The notes: generated by a model from the letters alone, not told the origin. Counted from the first letter of the stretch, positions 29,184 to 38,325 are shown. The stretch: 64,000 bases of DNA from Thermodesulfobacteriota bacterium (GCA_965226585.1 OZ245366.1:32001-96000), one strand, 5' to 3'. A program made the numbers and translations.

Positions 29184-30612
29184 CCCTCTTTAACGCAGGG
29201 GCTATCAAGGCGGGGTGATGGCGGCTTACCAACTTCGCAAGTTTCTCAGTCATCTCCCTGATATCCCATTGCGCCCCTTCAGACATTCGCAGGTTTATCA
29301 GGTGGTATAACTCCCAAAGGGTAAAACTTCCCGCCACTTTGCGGTTGTGCGCGTTGGTTACGGCATAACGGGCGGCTTGCCTGCTCTCCCTCGCCAAATC
29401 ACGGAAAAGTTTTTCGCTGAGTTTTACGGACTCCATAAGCACATCTTCCATTCCGGCTTTTTTTACATTCGGCGGGATTGTTACCCCGTAGCAAACATCC
29501 GGCTCTTTGGCGAACCATTCCGCTTTTCTGTGCCGCAATAACTGATGCCAGCACGCCTCGCTTATTGTGAACTCCGCCGTATATGAAACCTGACGCAAGG
29601 CGGGATGAGGGTTGTCATGCTTTCCAAGACTTTTTACGGCGCGGGCAAACTCTTTTTCAAGAGTCTTGCGAGAAAGTTTCAAGGCAGAGGAAATCCCCCG
29701 CGAGTTCTTATACAAAAGCGCGGATATGATTTTGCTCAAAGCAACCGTCTCGCTGTTTTTTGCTCCCTTCCCCGTCCAGTCAAGAAGTTTTACGTGCGGG
29801 GCGTTTCTTGCCGGTATAACTCTCACAGACACAGGCGGAGACCTGCCTTCAAGCGATTTTATGTAGTCATTCTCAGTCGCGTATTTAACAAGTGTCGGCA
29901 CGCTGAAACGGACTTCCTTTTTTATCTCCTCCGCTCTGCGCCTTGCCTCCCCGTAGGGAGATGACAAAAGTTTCATCAAACTTTCCTCAACGGCGCGGGC
30001 GTTGGCGGTCAGCCCAAGATTTGTCATTGATGAAAGATTAAGCGCGTATCTCGCGTCTTCAAATGCGATTTTCTCCAGCGCGCCTTCACTCAACCCCTCG
30101 CGGTTATGACCCTTCAAATACTCAAAAAGTTTTTCGTTCAGTTTTTCATAAATGTCATACTGCTTTCCGCACACGGTCAGGAAACGCTTTTTGAGAGCCG
30201 CCTTTTTTTCCAACTCCGGCGGGATAACAAAATCCTCTCTGCGCGGACGCTGATACCTTTGCGAATATTCGGTGAAAGAAAGATGCTCCGCGCCGGTTTC
30301 AAGAATCGCGCTGAACAGACGCGACACCCGCTCTATGCCAATGTGAACGGTCGCGTGTTCGGCAACCGAAGCGTGTCCGTAATTCAAAACCCACTTCTCG
30401 TGAAACTTCTCCGCCCGCTCCCTGCCGTGCCCCTCTTCTTCAAGCACCTTCGCAATGTTCTTTTTGAAACTCGCCGGACTGCGGCTTACATAGGCGAATA
30501 TCACCGCCACAACCTCTTCGGGCAATCCCGAAACCGTGTAGATGTCGCCTCGCGGAGACGATATGTATTTGCCTATGCCGTCTTGTTTGTCCGTGTTTTT
30601 TCTCTTCGCCAT
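29173..30612 (-). CDS. thyX: FAD-dependent thymidylate synthase, tandem two-domain form
   Basis: YGHASVAEH, SFTEYSQRY, EDARY, QLLRHR, LR....AQWDIR. Confidence 0.85.
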   Translation of the reverse strand: MAKRKNTDKQDGIGKYISSPRGDIYTVSGLPEEVVAVIFAYVSRSPASFKKNIAKVLEEEGHGRERAEKFHEKWVLNYGHASVAEHATVHIGIERVSRLFSAILETGAEHLSFTEYSQRYQRPRREDFVIPPELEKKAALKKRFLTVCGKQYDIYEKLNEKLFEYLKGHNREGLSEGALEKIAFEDARYALNLSSMTNLGLTANARAVEESLMKLLSSPYGEARRRAEEIKKEVRFSVPTLVKYATENDYIKSLEGRSPPVSVRVIPARNAPHVKLLDWTGKGAKNSETVALSKIISALLYKNSRGISSALKLSRKTLEKEFARAVKSLGKHDNPHPALRQVSYTAEFTISEACWHQLLRHRKAEWFAKEPDVCYGVTIPPNVKKAGMEDVLMESVKLSEKLFRDLARESRQAARYAVTNAHNRKVAGSFTLWELYHLINLRMSEGAQWDIREMTEKLAKLVSRHHPALIAPALKRVVE

Positions 30613-30651
30613 AATGCTGAAATTCCGTCTGCCCCGTCAGTAAGCGGCGCG

Positions 30652-31428
30652 TTAAACTATCTTGTTTTTCTTGACTTCTTCAAGCAGAAGATCCATCACA
30701 GCCGCCGGACTGCCATACAAAACCGCGTCTGCGTAAGGGTCTGCCTCGCTTTCATTCGCGCTTATAAGAGCCGTTTTCGCGCCCTTCATTTTCGCCTGTA
30801 TCGGAAAAGATTTTACCGGCTCAACATCAAGAGACGCGCCCGCGCAGATAAGCAGGTCGCAACCGCCGATTTTTATCCATGCCTCGCGTATTTCCCAGTG
30901 CGGAAGCGGCTGACCCGGAAACGACAGCGGCGGTTTCAAAAGCCCCGTCCGGCAAACCGCGCATTCGGGAACCCGTTTTCCGTCTGATATTGAAGACAGA
31001 ATGTCCATCATCCGGTAGTCCTTTCCGCAGTTCAGGCATTGCGCCCAGTGGATTGAGGAATACATTTCAAGCACCGCCGTATTTCCCGCCTTCGTGTGAA
31101 GCCCGTCAACCGCTTGAGTTATCACGCAGTCAACGCCGCAAACAAGAGACAGTTCATAGATTGCCCGGTGGGCGGCGGAAGGCGCGGCGGCGGCGATTTT
31201 CGGGTAGATGGTTGAGAGTTTTTTCCAGTAATTGGCGCGGACTTCTTCATTTTGTCTGAAGTCGTTAATGTTCGGGTTGAATTCCAGTTCGCCTGCGTCA
31301 ACGATGCCGGTTTCAAGTGTAAGTTCGGGTCCGGTGAGAAAAACGGCGCGTGTTGCCGATGAAAGCCACCCGGCAAGCGCGGCAAGCGCGGTTGTCTCGT
31401 TCTCAATGGGCGGCTGAGCGAGGTTCAT
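30652..31428 (-). CDS. Sir2/CobB-family protein with degenerate catalytic motifs
   Basis: Sirtuin layout (VFLTG, P..AH, ITQ.VDGLH.KAG, CLNC/CAVC, LKP....G..LP, G.SL.V.P) but lacks GAG.S, TQN and the catalytic HG. Confidence 0.8.
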   Translation of the reverse strand: MNLAQPPIENETTALAALAGWLSSATRAVFLTGPELTLETGIVDAGELEFNPNINDFRQNEEVRANYWKKLSTIYPKIAAAAPSAAHRAIYELSLVCGVDCVITQAVDGLHTKAGNTAVLEMYSSIHWAQCLNCGKDYRMMDILSSISDGKRVPECAVCRTGLLKPPLSFPGQPLPHWEIREAWIKIGGCDLLICAGASLDVEPVKSFPIQAKMKGAKTALISANESEADPYADAVLYGSPAAVMDLLLEEVKKNKIV

Positions 31429-31450
31429 ATTGTAAAGTCCGTTAAGTCTG

Positions 31451-31480
31451 ATTGTATAGCCCGGCGGTTGTGAGTGTCAA
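31451..31480 (-). promoter_or_regulatory. Putative sigma70 promoter of the sirtuin-thyX unit
   Basis: TTGACA (31480-31475), 18-nt spacer, TACAAT (31456-31451). Confidence 0.55.
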
Positions 31481-31499
31481 CCCGCGCCTGTCTCTTCCC

Positions 31500-31933
31500 C
31501 GTCATTCCGTGCTTGACACGGAATCCAGTATTCAACTGGTCAACCAATACTGGATTCCTGCTTTCGCAGGAATGACGACTCCTTTTCCCGTCATTCCGTG
31601 CCTGACACGGAATCCAGTATTCAACTGGTTAACCAATACTGGATTCCTGCTTCCGCAGGAATGACGACTCCTTTTCCCGTCATTCCGTGCCTGACACGGA
31701 ATCCAGTATTCAACTGGTCAACCAATACTGGGTTCCTGCTTCCGCAGGAATGACGACTCCTTTTCCCGTCATTCCGTGCCCGACACGGAATCCAGTATTC
31801 AACTGGTCAACCAATACTGGATTCCTGCTTCCGCAGGAATGACGACTCCTTTTCCCGTCATTCCGTGCCTGACACGGAATCCAGTATTCAACTGGTCAAC
31901 CAATACTGGGTTCCTGCTTTCGCAGGAATGACG
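31500..31933. repeat. Palindromic element array 7 (5 complete units, period 89 bp), flanked by a 16-bp direct repeat
   Basis: Units start at 31501, 31590, 31679, 31768 and 31857; linker GACTCCTTTTCCC; GTGTCAACCCGCGCCT at 31474-31489 and 31940-31955. Confidence 0.97.
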
Positions 31934-31942
31934 AGAGCGGTG

Positions 31943-33142
31943 TCAACCCGCGCCTTCAACCTTTACCTTTGCCTTCCCTTTCGCAAACCGCACATCCAAC
32001 TCATCGCCCTTACTCAACTCCCCCGAATCCGTTACCGCCTTCCCCCCTTTATACGCAACCGCATAGCCGCGCCCCAAAATGGCAAGCGGACTTAGCGCGT
32101 CAAGCCGCGCCGCCGCCGCGCCGATTTCATAACCGTATGTCTCAACCCTCGCCCCCGCCGCCGCAAGCAGAGAAACCGAAAGCCCGTCCACCTCCATTTC
32201 GGCATAAGAAACCGCCGAGGAAAGAGCGGAGGAAAGCCGCCCGCGCATATCTGTAAGCCCGCGCAAAATGTCATCCTTTACCGGAACAACCATCTCCGCC
32301 GCCGCAGACGGCGTTGCCGCCCTTCTGTCCGCCGCAAGGTCTGACGCCGTTTTGTCTATCTCATGCCCCACCGCAGACACAACCGGAAACCCGCATCCCG
32401 CCACCGCCCTTGCCACCTTCTCCGTGTTGAACGCCGAAAGATCCTCGCCGCTTCCGCCGCCGCGAGCGAGAATAACCGCGTCAACATCTTTGCCCTCAAA
32501 CCGCGAAAGGGCGCGCGCTATCTCGTCCGGGGCGGATTTGCCCTGAACCCTTGCGGGCGAAACGGTTATGTGAATGTTGGGAAACCTGTTTTGCGCGGCG
32601 GCGATGATGTCTTGCAAAGCCGCCCCCTGCGGCGCGGTTACAACGCCAATTTTGCGGCAGAGAAAAGGAAGCGGTTTTTTCCGGTCTTCTGAGAAAAGCC
32701 CTTCTTTGTCCAGTTTTCCAAGCAGTTTTTTCAGAGCCGCCGCTTCCGCGCCAACGCCCTTGGGCTCAACACGGTGAACGCTTATGTTGACGGTTCCGCG
32801 TTTTTCATAAAAATCCGCCCGGCACCGGCACAGAACAAGCATCCCGCTTTCGGGAACAAAACCGCCCATCTTTGCCACCGCAGACCGCCAGCAGGTTGCG
32901 CGAATTTCGCTGTTTTCATCGCGAAGGGTGAAATACCAGTGTCCGCTGGTGTGCGCGGTAAAATCGGTTATTTCGCCCTCAACCCAGAACGCCCCGCCGC
33001 CGGTTGCGTGGCGCACGGAATCTCCGAGCAGTGTGTTAAGCGAGGTTACGGTATAGACCGTTTCGTCAACGATGTCTCTGAGAAGCGGCGGCTCTTGCGG
33101 GGTTGAGGGTTTGTTAATACTGATGACCTTCCTTTTTGGCAA
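31943..33142 (-). CDS. xseA: Exodeoxyribonuclease VII large subunit
   Basis: SGHWYFTL, RGGGSGEDL, SAVGHEID, AATPSAAAE, LSPLAILGRGY. Confidence 0.96.
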   Translation of the reverse strand: MPKRKVISINKPSTPQEPPLLRDIVDETVYTVTSLNTLLGDSVRHATGGGAFWVEGEITDFTAHTSGHWYFTLRDENSEIRATCWRSAVAKMGGFVPESGMLVLCRCRADFYEKRGTVNISVHRVEPKGVGAEAAALKKLLGKLDKEGLFSEDRKKPLPFLCRKIGVVTAPQGAALQDIIAAAQNRFPNIHITVSPARVQGKSAPDEIARALSRFEGKDVDAVILARGGGSGEDLSAFNTEKVARAVAGCGFPVVSAVGHEIDKTASDLAADRRAATPSAAAEMVVPVKDDILRGLTDMRGRLSSALSSAVSYAEMEVDGLSVSLLAAAGARVETYGYEIGAAAARLDALSPLAILGRGYAVAYKGGKAVTDSGELSKGDELDVRFAKGKAKVKVEGAG

Positions 33143-33479
33143 AGCGCATATTTGCTCCGCCCGTGTCCGCTCCGTTCATATTCGCGTCAATCAGGTGCGC
33201 GCCCTCAAGGTTCGCCCCTTTCATTTTCGCGCCCGAAAGGTCTGATTTTTCAAAGTTTGCTCCGTATAAGTCCGCGCCCGTAAAGTCTGCGTTTTTGAAA
33301 ACGCATCCTTTGCAGAAGGCGAGTTTCATTTTCGCGCCTGAAAGGTTTATGCTTGAAAGGTCAAGCCCTGAGATGTCCGCCCACGCAAGGTCTGGAACGG
33401 CGGAAGGGTTTTCCTCGCGCCACCTGTTCCACTCACCCGCGCCCTTTTTGATGATTTCAATATGTGCGGAATTTGCCAT
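33114..33479 (-). CDS. Pentapeptide repeat protein
   Basis: WNRWR..N....PDL followed by A(D/N)Lxx repeats; start probably ATG 33479. Confidence 0.9.
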   Translation of the reverse strand: MANSAHIEIIKKGAGEWNRWREENPSAVPDLAWADISGLDLSSINLSGAKMKLAFCKGCVFKNADFTGADLYGANFEKSDLSGAKMKGANLEGAHLIDANMNGADTGGANMRFAKKEGHQY

Positions 33480-33609
33480 TAGTGGAAAAGTTTTCGCCAA
33501 CCCGTGTTAGCAAGGCAACACTTTGAACTGTGGTTTTTTCTCTTTTCTGACTGCCATTTTTTACCCTCGCGAAAACCGTAACTTGAAACTGTTCGCACAG
33601 TCAACCGCC

Positions 33610-34212
33610 CTATTTCTCCCGTGTTGACACCTTGCTCATCTTATCGCCCTGCTTTATGGAGTTCACAACTTCCATTCCTTCAACCACTTTGCCGAAAACC
33701 GTGTGCTTTCCGTTGAGGTGCGGCTGGGGCGAGTGCGTGATGAAAAACTGGCTTCCGTTTGTGTCGGGTCCTGAATTCGCCATTGATATTACGCCCGCAG
33801 AATGAACAAGCGGATTGCCGCCCGTCTCATCCTCAAACCTGTATCCGGGTCCGCCTGAACCGGTTCCCGAAGGGTCGCCGCCCTGTATCATAAAATCATC
33901 TATCACGCGGTGAAAAACCACGCCGTCATAAAAACCCTCGCCCGCGAGAAACACAAAGTTGTTGACCGTTTTCGGAGCGTGTTCGGGATACAACTCAAGG
34001 GTTATCTTTCCCTTGTCCGTCTCCATCTCAACGATGTAGGTTTTGCCCCCGTCTATCGCCATTTCGGGCGGCGCGTCCCATTGTTTTGATTCCGTCATTT
34101 TTTCTTCTCCTCCTTTTGGTTGTTTTTCTTCCTTCTTCGTTTCGCCTCCGCCGCCGCAACCCGCGAGAACCGCAAGCAGACAGCAGGCGACAACAAAAAC
34201 TTTTTTTCTCAT
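33610..34212 (-). CDS. Cyclophilin-type peptidyl-prolyl isomerase, predicted lipoprotein
   Basis: LAGC lipobox; [33 protein letters not shown]. Confidence 0.95.
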   Translation of the reverse strand: MRKKVFVVACCLLAVLAGCGGGGETKKEEKQPKGGEEKMTESKQWDAPPEMAIDGGKTYIVEMETDKGKITLELYPEHAPKTVNNFVFLAGEGFYDGVVFHRVIDDFMIQGGDPSGTGSGGPGYRFEDETGGNPLVHSAGVISMANSGPDTNGSQFFITHSPQPHLNGKHTVFGKVVEGMEVVNSIKQGDKMSKVSTREK

Positions 34213-35183
34213 TCGTCTCCGCTTGCGCCTTCACCCGCGCAAAGGGAAAGACCCGAAACCCGTATGCCGAGTTTTGAGTAGAAATCCGCCACCTCTCGCG
34301 GCGGTTCCGAATCGGTGAATATGTGGCGCAAACGACCGCCGAAAACCGGCGTTCCAATTTTCTCCGCCTCGCTTGAAACCTGCTTCAAACTTTCTGAGTC
34401 AACAAAAAGCACGGTCGGCATAACCTCCGCCACGTCTTTGAGGAAGTCGTCTCCACATTCCGCCCCCGCCGTCCGCGCAGACGCGCAAAGCGGAATGAAC
34501 TTTGCCGCGCGCGAAAACATATCGCCTCGCGGAAGCAGACAGAAAGTTTGAGACTCTTCAAGAGCCGCCCCCGCCTTCTCCGCCGCAGAGCCAACCATAC
34601 GCATAAATCCGCCCTGAGTGAGAGACACCGGGTTTGCCGCTCCGTTGTAAATCTCAATCGCCGCAAGAGACGGAGACACGGCGGAAAAAGTGTCTTCAAG
34701 GGCGTCTGTCATTTTCTTTTTTTTGAGAAATCCGAACTTCAGGGCGGCGCGGAAATCTGTAACAACGCTGTCGGGAGAGCCATTTTGTCCGGCCGAGTAG
34801 TGGACGGCTTTTTTTATGTTCGGATGACGGGCGGAAAGGGTTTGCGCGGTTTCGCGGTTTTTTACAAAGGCGGCGGTTATCTCAGGCAGGGCGGGCGCGG
34901 CGGAGTTTGCGGAAGGGGCGGTTGATATGGCGATGGTTCCGAGCATCAGGGCGGCGGTTTCAGAAACCATGCCGTCATAAGAGGCGGTGGACTCAAAAAG
35001 AATTTTGTTTCCGGGCGTTATGCCCGCGTCCAGAATGAACGCGCAAACGCTTTCCACATCGCTTTCAAAATCTTTCCACGTTATCTGTTTCCAACTCCAG
35101 CCGTCTTTTTTCTGAAGCAGAATGGAAACGCCTTTTCCTTTAACGCCTGACTTTATGAGGGCTGGCAAAGTGTCTGAAATCAT
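34209..35183 (-). CDS. Degenerate long-chain acyl-CoA synthetase-like protein (N-terminal AMP-binding domain only)
   Basis: W..ITW, GI.PG.KI, CLLP, D.AEV.PT, FGGRLR as in FadD15-type enzymes; no YTSGTTG loop and no C-terminal domain. Confidence 0.6.
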   Translation of the reverse strand: MISDTLPALIKSGVKGKGVSILLQKKDGWSWKQITWKDFESDVESVCAFILDAGITPGNKILFESTASYDGMVSETAALMLGTIAISTAPSANSAAPALPEITAAFVKNRETAQTLSARHPNIKKAVHYSAGQNGSPDSVVTDFRAALKFGFLKKKKMTDALEDTFSAVSPSLAAIEIYNGAANPVSLTQGGFMRMVGSAAEKAGAALEESQTFCLLPRGDMFSRAAKFIPLCASARTAGAECGDDFLKDVAEVMPTVLFVDSESLKQVSSEAEKIGTPVFGGRLRHIFTDSEPPREVADFYSKLGIRVSGLSLCAGEGASGDE

Positions 35184-35246
35184 AATCGGGAAATCCCGGG
35201 CGGCGGGAAAAACCGCCTGACGGGTAGTATAATACAAAATCAGAAA

Positions 35247-36632
35247 ATGCGGCAATCTCCCGGCATACACCCTTCCCGTTTTTCCGAACCGCTTTTTGCC
35301 CCTGCGGCGGACATAGTTCGCAGGCTTAAAGACGCGGGGCACTCCGCCTTTATGGTGGGCGGGTGCGTCCGCAACATGACGCTTGGCATTCCCGCCGGAG
35401 AGTTTGACATCACAACTTCCGCCACTCCCGATGAGGTGAAAAAAATCTTCACGCGCACTTATGCGGTTGGCGAAAGCTTTGGCGTGGTGGTTGTGCTTTC
35501 CGGCGGCGGCAGTTTTGAAGTTGCCACTTTCAGAAAGGATTTGGACTACCGTGACGGCAGGCATCCCGAAGCGGTTGAGTACGGAACCAGCGAAAAAGAG
35601 GATGTGGAGAGAAGGGATTTTACAATCAACGCCCTGCTTTTTGACCCTGACGAAAACGCGGTTTTTGACTACACGGGCGGGCTTGCAGACATAGAGGCGA
35701 AGGTTGTGAGAACGGTTGGAGACGCGGAGAAGCGGTTTTCCGAAGACCGTTTGCGCCTGCTTCGCGCCGTGCGTTTTGCGGCGGACATGGGATTTGAGAT
35801 TGAGGAGAAAACCCTTGAGGCGGTCAAGGCAAATGCCGGGGCGATTTCAGAGGTAAGCGCGGAGCGGGTGAGAGAGGAGATTGCGAAACTGCTTACCCGC
35901 AGAAACGGCGGGCGCGGCATCACGCTTATGAAAGAGACGGGGCTTCTTGAGCGCGCGCTTCCCGAAGCCGCCGCGATGGCGGGAGTGGAACAGCCGCCTG
36001 AGTTTCATCCTGAGGGAGATGTGTTTGTTCACACGGTTGCCGTGCTTGACAGGCTTGAGGAGAACACGCCGGAGCGTTCCACGGAGTTGGCATACGCGGC
36101 ATTGCTTCACGACATAGGAAAGCCGCCGACTTTTGAGCCCGCGGCTGAAGGCGGGAGAATTCGTTTCAACGGGCACGACAGGGTTGGCGCGGAGATGTCA
36201 AAGAAAATTTGCCGCCGCCTGCGTTTTTCAAACAAGCAGACCGAAAGGATATGCGAGCTTGTGCGTCATCACTTGAAGTTCAAGGATATTTTCAAGATGC
36301 GTGAAAGCACGCTCAAGCGGTTTTTGGCAATGCCGTATTTTGACGAGCATTTAGCTCTCCATCTGGCGGACTGTCTGGGAAGCCACGGAATGACGGACGC
36401 TTATGAGTTCGCGAAGGAAAAACTTGAGCAGTTTGGTGAGGAGGAGATAAAACCCGCTCCGCTGATAACCGGAAAAGACCTGATAGAAATGGGCTACAAA
36501 CCGTCCCCGCTTTTTTCTGAAATCCTCTCAGAAGTGGAAGAAGCGCAACTTGAGAACAAACTCAAAACAAAAGAAGACGCCCAAAGTTTTGTTGAAGGGA
36601 AGTATCCGCTTTCAAAAAACTCCGGCGGGTAA
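35247..36632 (+). CDS. cca: CCA tRNA nucleotidyltransferase / poly(A) polymerase family with HD domain
   Basis: VGGCVR, EVATFR, RRDFTINA, EDRLRLLRAVRF, SAER, FHPEGDV..HT, LLHDIGKP. Confidence 0.9.
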   Translation: MRQSPGIHPSRFSEPLFAPAADIVRRLKDAGHSAFMVGGCVRNMTLGIPAGEFDITTSATPDEVKKIFTRTYAVGESFGVVVVLSGGGSFEVATFRKDLDYRDGRHPEAVEYGTSEKEDVERRDFTINALLFDPDENAVFDYTGGLADIEAKVVRTVGDAEKRFSEDRLRLLRAVRFAADMGFEIEEKTLEAVKANAGAISEVSAERVREEIAKLLTRRNGGRGITLMKETGLLERALPEAAAMAGVEQPPEFHPEGDVFVHTVAVLDRLEENTPERSTELAYAALLHDIGKPPTFEPAAEGGRIRFNGHDRVGAEMSKKICRRLRFSNKQTERICELVRHHLKFKDIFKMRESTLKRFLAMPYFDEHLALHLADCLGSHGMTDAYEFAKEKLEQFGEEEIKPAPLITGKDLIEMGYKPSPLFSEILSEVEEAQLENKLKTKEDAQSFVEGKYPLSKNSGG

Positions 36633-36633
36633 C

Positions 36634-36657
36634 TTGCGGCGCAACGCGGCGCCGCAA
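36634..36657. terminator. Hairpin between convergent cca and atpE
   Basis: TTGCGGCGC-6 nt-GCGCCGCAA perfect 9-bp stem. Confidence 0.5.
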
Positions 36658-36674
36658 TGAAACCGTCTTCCTTA

Positions 36675-36998
36675 TTAAAGTTTGCCCTGAAGCAAAAACG
36701 CTATCAGAAGCGCGTAGATGACGAGCGACTCAATCAGAGCAAGACCGATAATCATCGGGGTCTGAATCTTTGCCGCCGCTCCGGGGTTTCTCGCGATTCC
36801 CTCAAGAGCCGCCGCCGTAACACGCCCCTGTCCAAGACCCGCTATCCCGGCGGCAAAACCAATGCCGATGCCGGCTCCAAGACCTATGCCGAGTTTGGCA
36901 AGATCTCCAACCTCACCGGTCGCCGCGAACGCCTCAGGCGCGAAGGAAAAAATCCCCGCCACAAAAAGACCGGCAAACATAAAAACAACTTTCTTCAT
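36675..36998 (-). CDS. atpE: ATP synthase F0 subunit c
   Basis: GxGxGxG helix, ARNP loop, [10 protein letters not shown]-terminal signal-like extension. Confidence 0.96.
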   Translation of the reverse strand: MKKVVFMFAGLFVAGIFSFAPEAFAATGEVGDLAKLGIGLGAGIGIGFAAGIAGLGQGRVTAAALEGIARNPGAAAKIQTPMIIGLALIESLVIYALLIAFLLQGKL

Positions 36999-37044
36999 CT
37001 TACTTCCTCCTTTGTAAGGTTTTGTTTTCTATCCTCTAAAACTA

Positions 37045-37731
37045 CTAATGATGCGACTCCGCAAGAGTTATGTAAATCGCGGAAAGCACCGTAAATATAA
37101 ACGCTTGAAGAAAACTGACAAATACCCCCAGCGCAACAAAAAGCGCGGGAATGAAAAAATGCGTCAGATTCATAAAAACGCCCATCACCATGTGGTCGCC
37201 CGTGATGTTCATAAAAAGCCGAAGCGAAAGCGACACCGGACGCACAATGTGACTCACAAGCTCTATGATGAGCATAAGCGGAGCCAGAAACGCAACCGGA
37301 CCCAGAAACTGCTTCAAATATCCCGCCCCGTGCGCCTTGAAGCCGTAGAAGTTGTACATGATGAATATCAGAACCCCGAACGCGAGAGTTGTGTTAAGAA
37401 CGCCTGTCGGCGGCAGAAAACCAGGCACTATGCCAAGCAGATTGCAAAACAATATGAAGAAAAACGAACCCGCCAGCAAAGGGAAATAGTGCTTCGCCTT
37501 CTCACGCGAGCCGAGAATGTTTGTGAGCATATCCAGCAGAAAATCTATCCCGATGAGTTCAATGAAGTTTCTGAAAGTCGCGCGATCGGACGGAAGCGGA
37601 GAGGCGTCTGCAAGAACGCTTTTTCTGAAACGCAGACCCGTAACGACAAGGAAAAGTACGACTACTCCAAGCCCTATTATGTGGTCAAAGGGCGTGAGCC
37701 CGAACAACGAAAACCAGCTAAAATGTTCCAC
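37045..37731 (-). CDS. atpB: ATP synthase F0 subunit a
   Basis: RPVSLSLRLF.N, LQAFIF..L..IY. Confidence 0.96.
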   Translation of the reverse strand: MEHFSWFSLFGLTPFDHIIGLGVVVLFLVVTGLRFRKSVLADASPLPSDRATFRNFIELIGIDFLLDMLTNILGSREKAKHYFPLLAGSFFFILFCNLLGIVPGFLPPTGVLNTTLAFGVLIFIMYNFYGFKAHGAGYLKQFLGPVAFLAPLMLIIELVSHIVRPVSLSLRLFMNITGDHMVMGVFMNLTHFFIPALFVALGVFVSFLQAFIFTVLSAIYITLAESHH

Positions 37732-38134
37732 TTTGTGAGATAAGCCCCGCCGTTACGATTCCTGTGACACCGGCTGTCAGCCCCGTAATAAAACCTAAAA
37801 TATCCAATTCCGCAACCTTGATAAGAAAAACCGCTATCAGAACAAGCACGACTATCTTTATAATGAAAAGAGCCGCCGCTCGCGCGGTCGAGATTTTACC
37901 CGCGCCTTCCGGCTTTGTGAAGGCGGAAACGATTAGCCGCAAAACCGCCACATCCGCGGAGAACAGAACACCCGCCGCAAGCGCGGCAAGCCCGAAACCG
38001 CCGCCAAACGCCGCCCATCCAAACCCCGCCGCCGCAACAGAAAACACAAGGGAAAACAGTTCGGGCTTCCGCAAAAGAGAGGAACCCGCGCCGCCATCGC
38101 CATTTACTTTTTCATCGGTCATTTCATCCGTCAT
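37718..38134 (-). CDS. atpI: ATP synthase protein I
   Basis: Four-TM hydrophobic protein directly upstream of atpB. Confidence 0.75.
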   Translation of the reverse strand: MTDEMTDEKVNGDGGAGSSLLRKPELFSLVFSVAAAGFGWAAFGGGFGLAALAAGVLFSADVAVLRLIVSAFTKPEGAGKISTARAAALFIIKIVVLVLIAVFLIKVAELDILGFITGLTAGVTGIVTAGLISQSGTF

Positions 38135-38325
38135 CCGAACCTCCTGAGCGTCCGCACGAGCAGAAACATTCCGCCCCCCGCGCCAAGTGTTATACCCGCA
38201 AGCGTCATATACGGGGTTTCAAATCCAAACCTCGCGTCTGCGTAGTCTCCGGCGAAAAGACCCGCCGCAACAGATGCGGCAATCTCAAAGCCCACAACCG
38301 TGAAAACCATCCAGCGGTTTTTCAC
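38131..38325 (-). CDS. atpZ: AtpZ/Gene1-family ATP synthase accessory protein
   Basis: G.YAD.RF...PY...G..LG pattern; position before atpI. Confidence 0.75.
   Translation of the reverse strand: MKNRWMVFTVVGFEIAASVAAGLFAGDYADARFGFETPYMTLAGITLGAGGGMFLLVRTLRRFG

Noticed and set aside
30652..31428. SIR2-domain anti-phage system (Thoeris/DSR-like)
   Set aside because: The protein has the CobB-type Zn module, lacks NADase residues and has no defence partner genes nearby.
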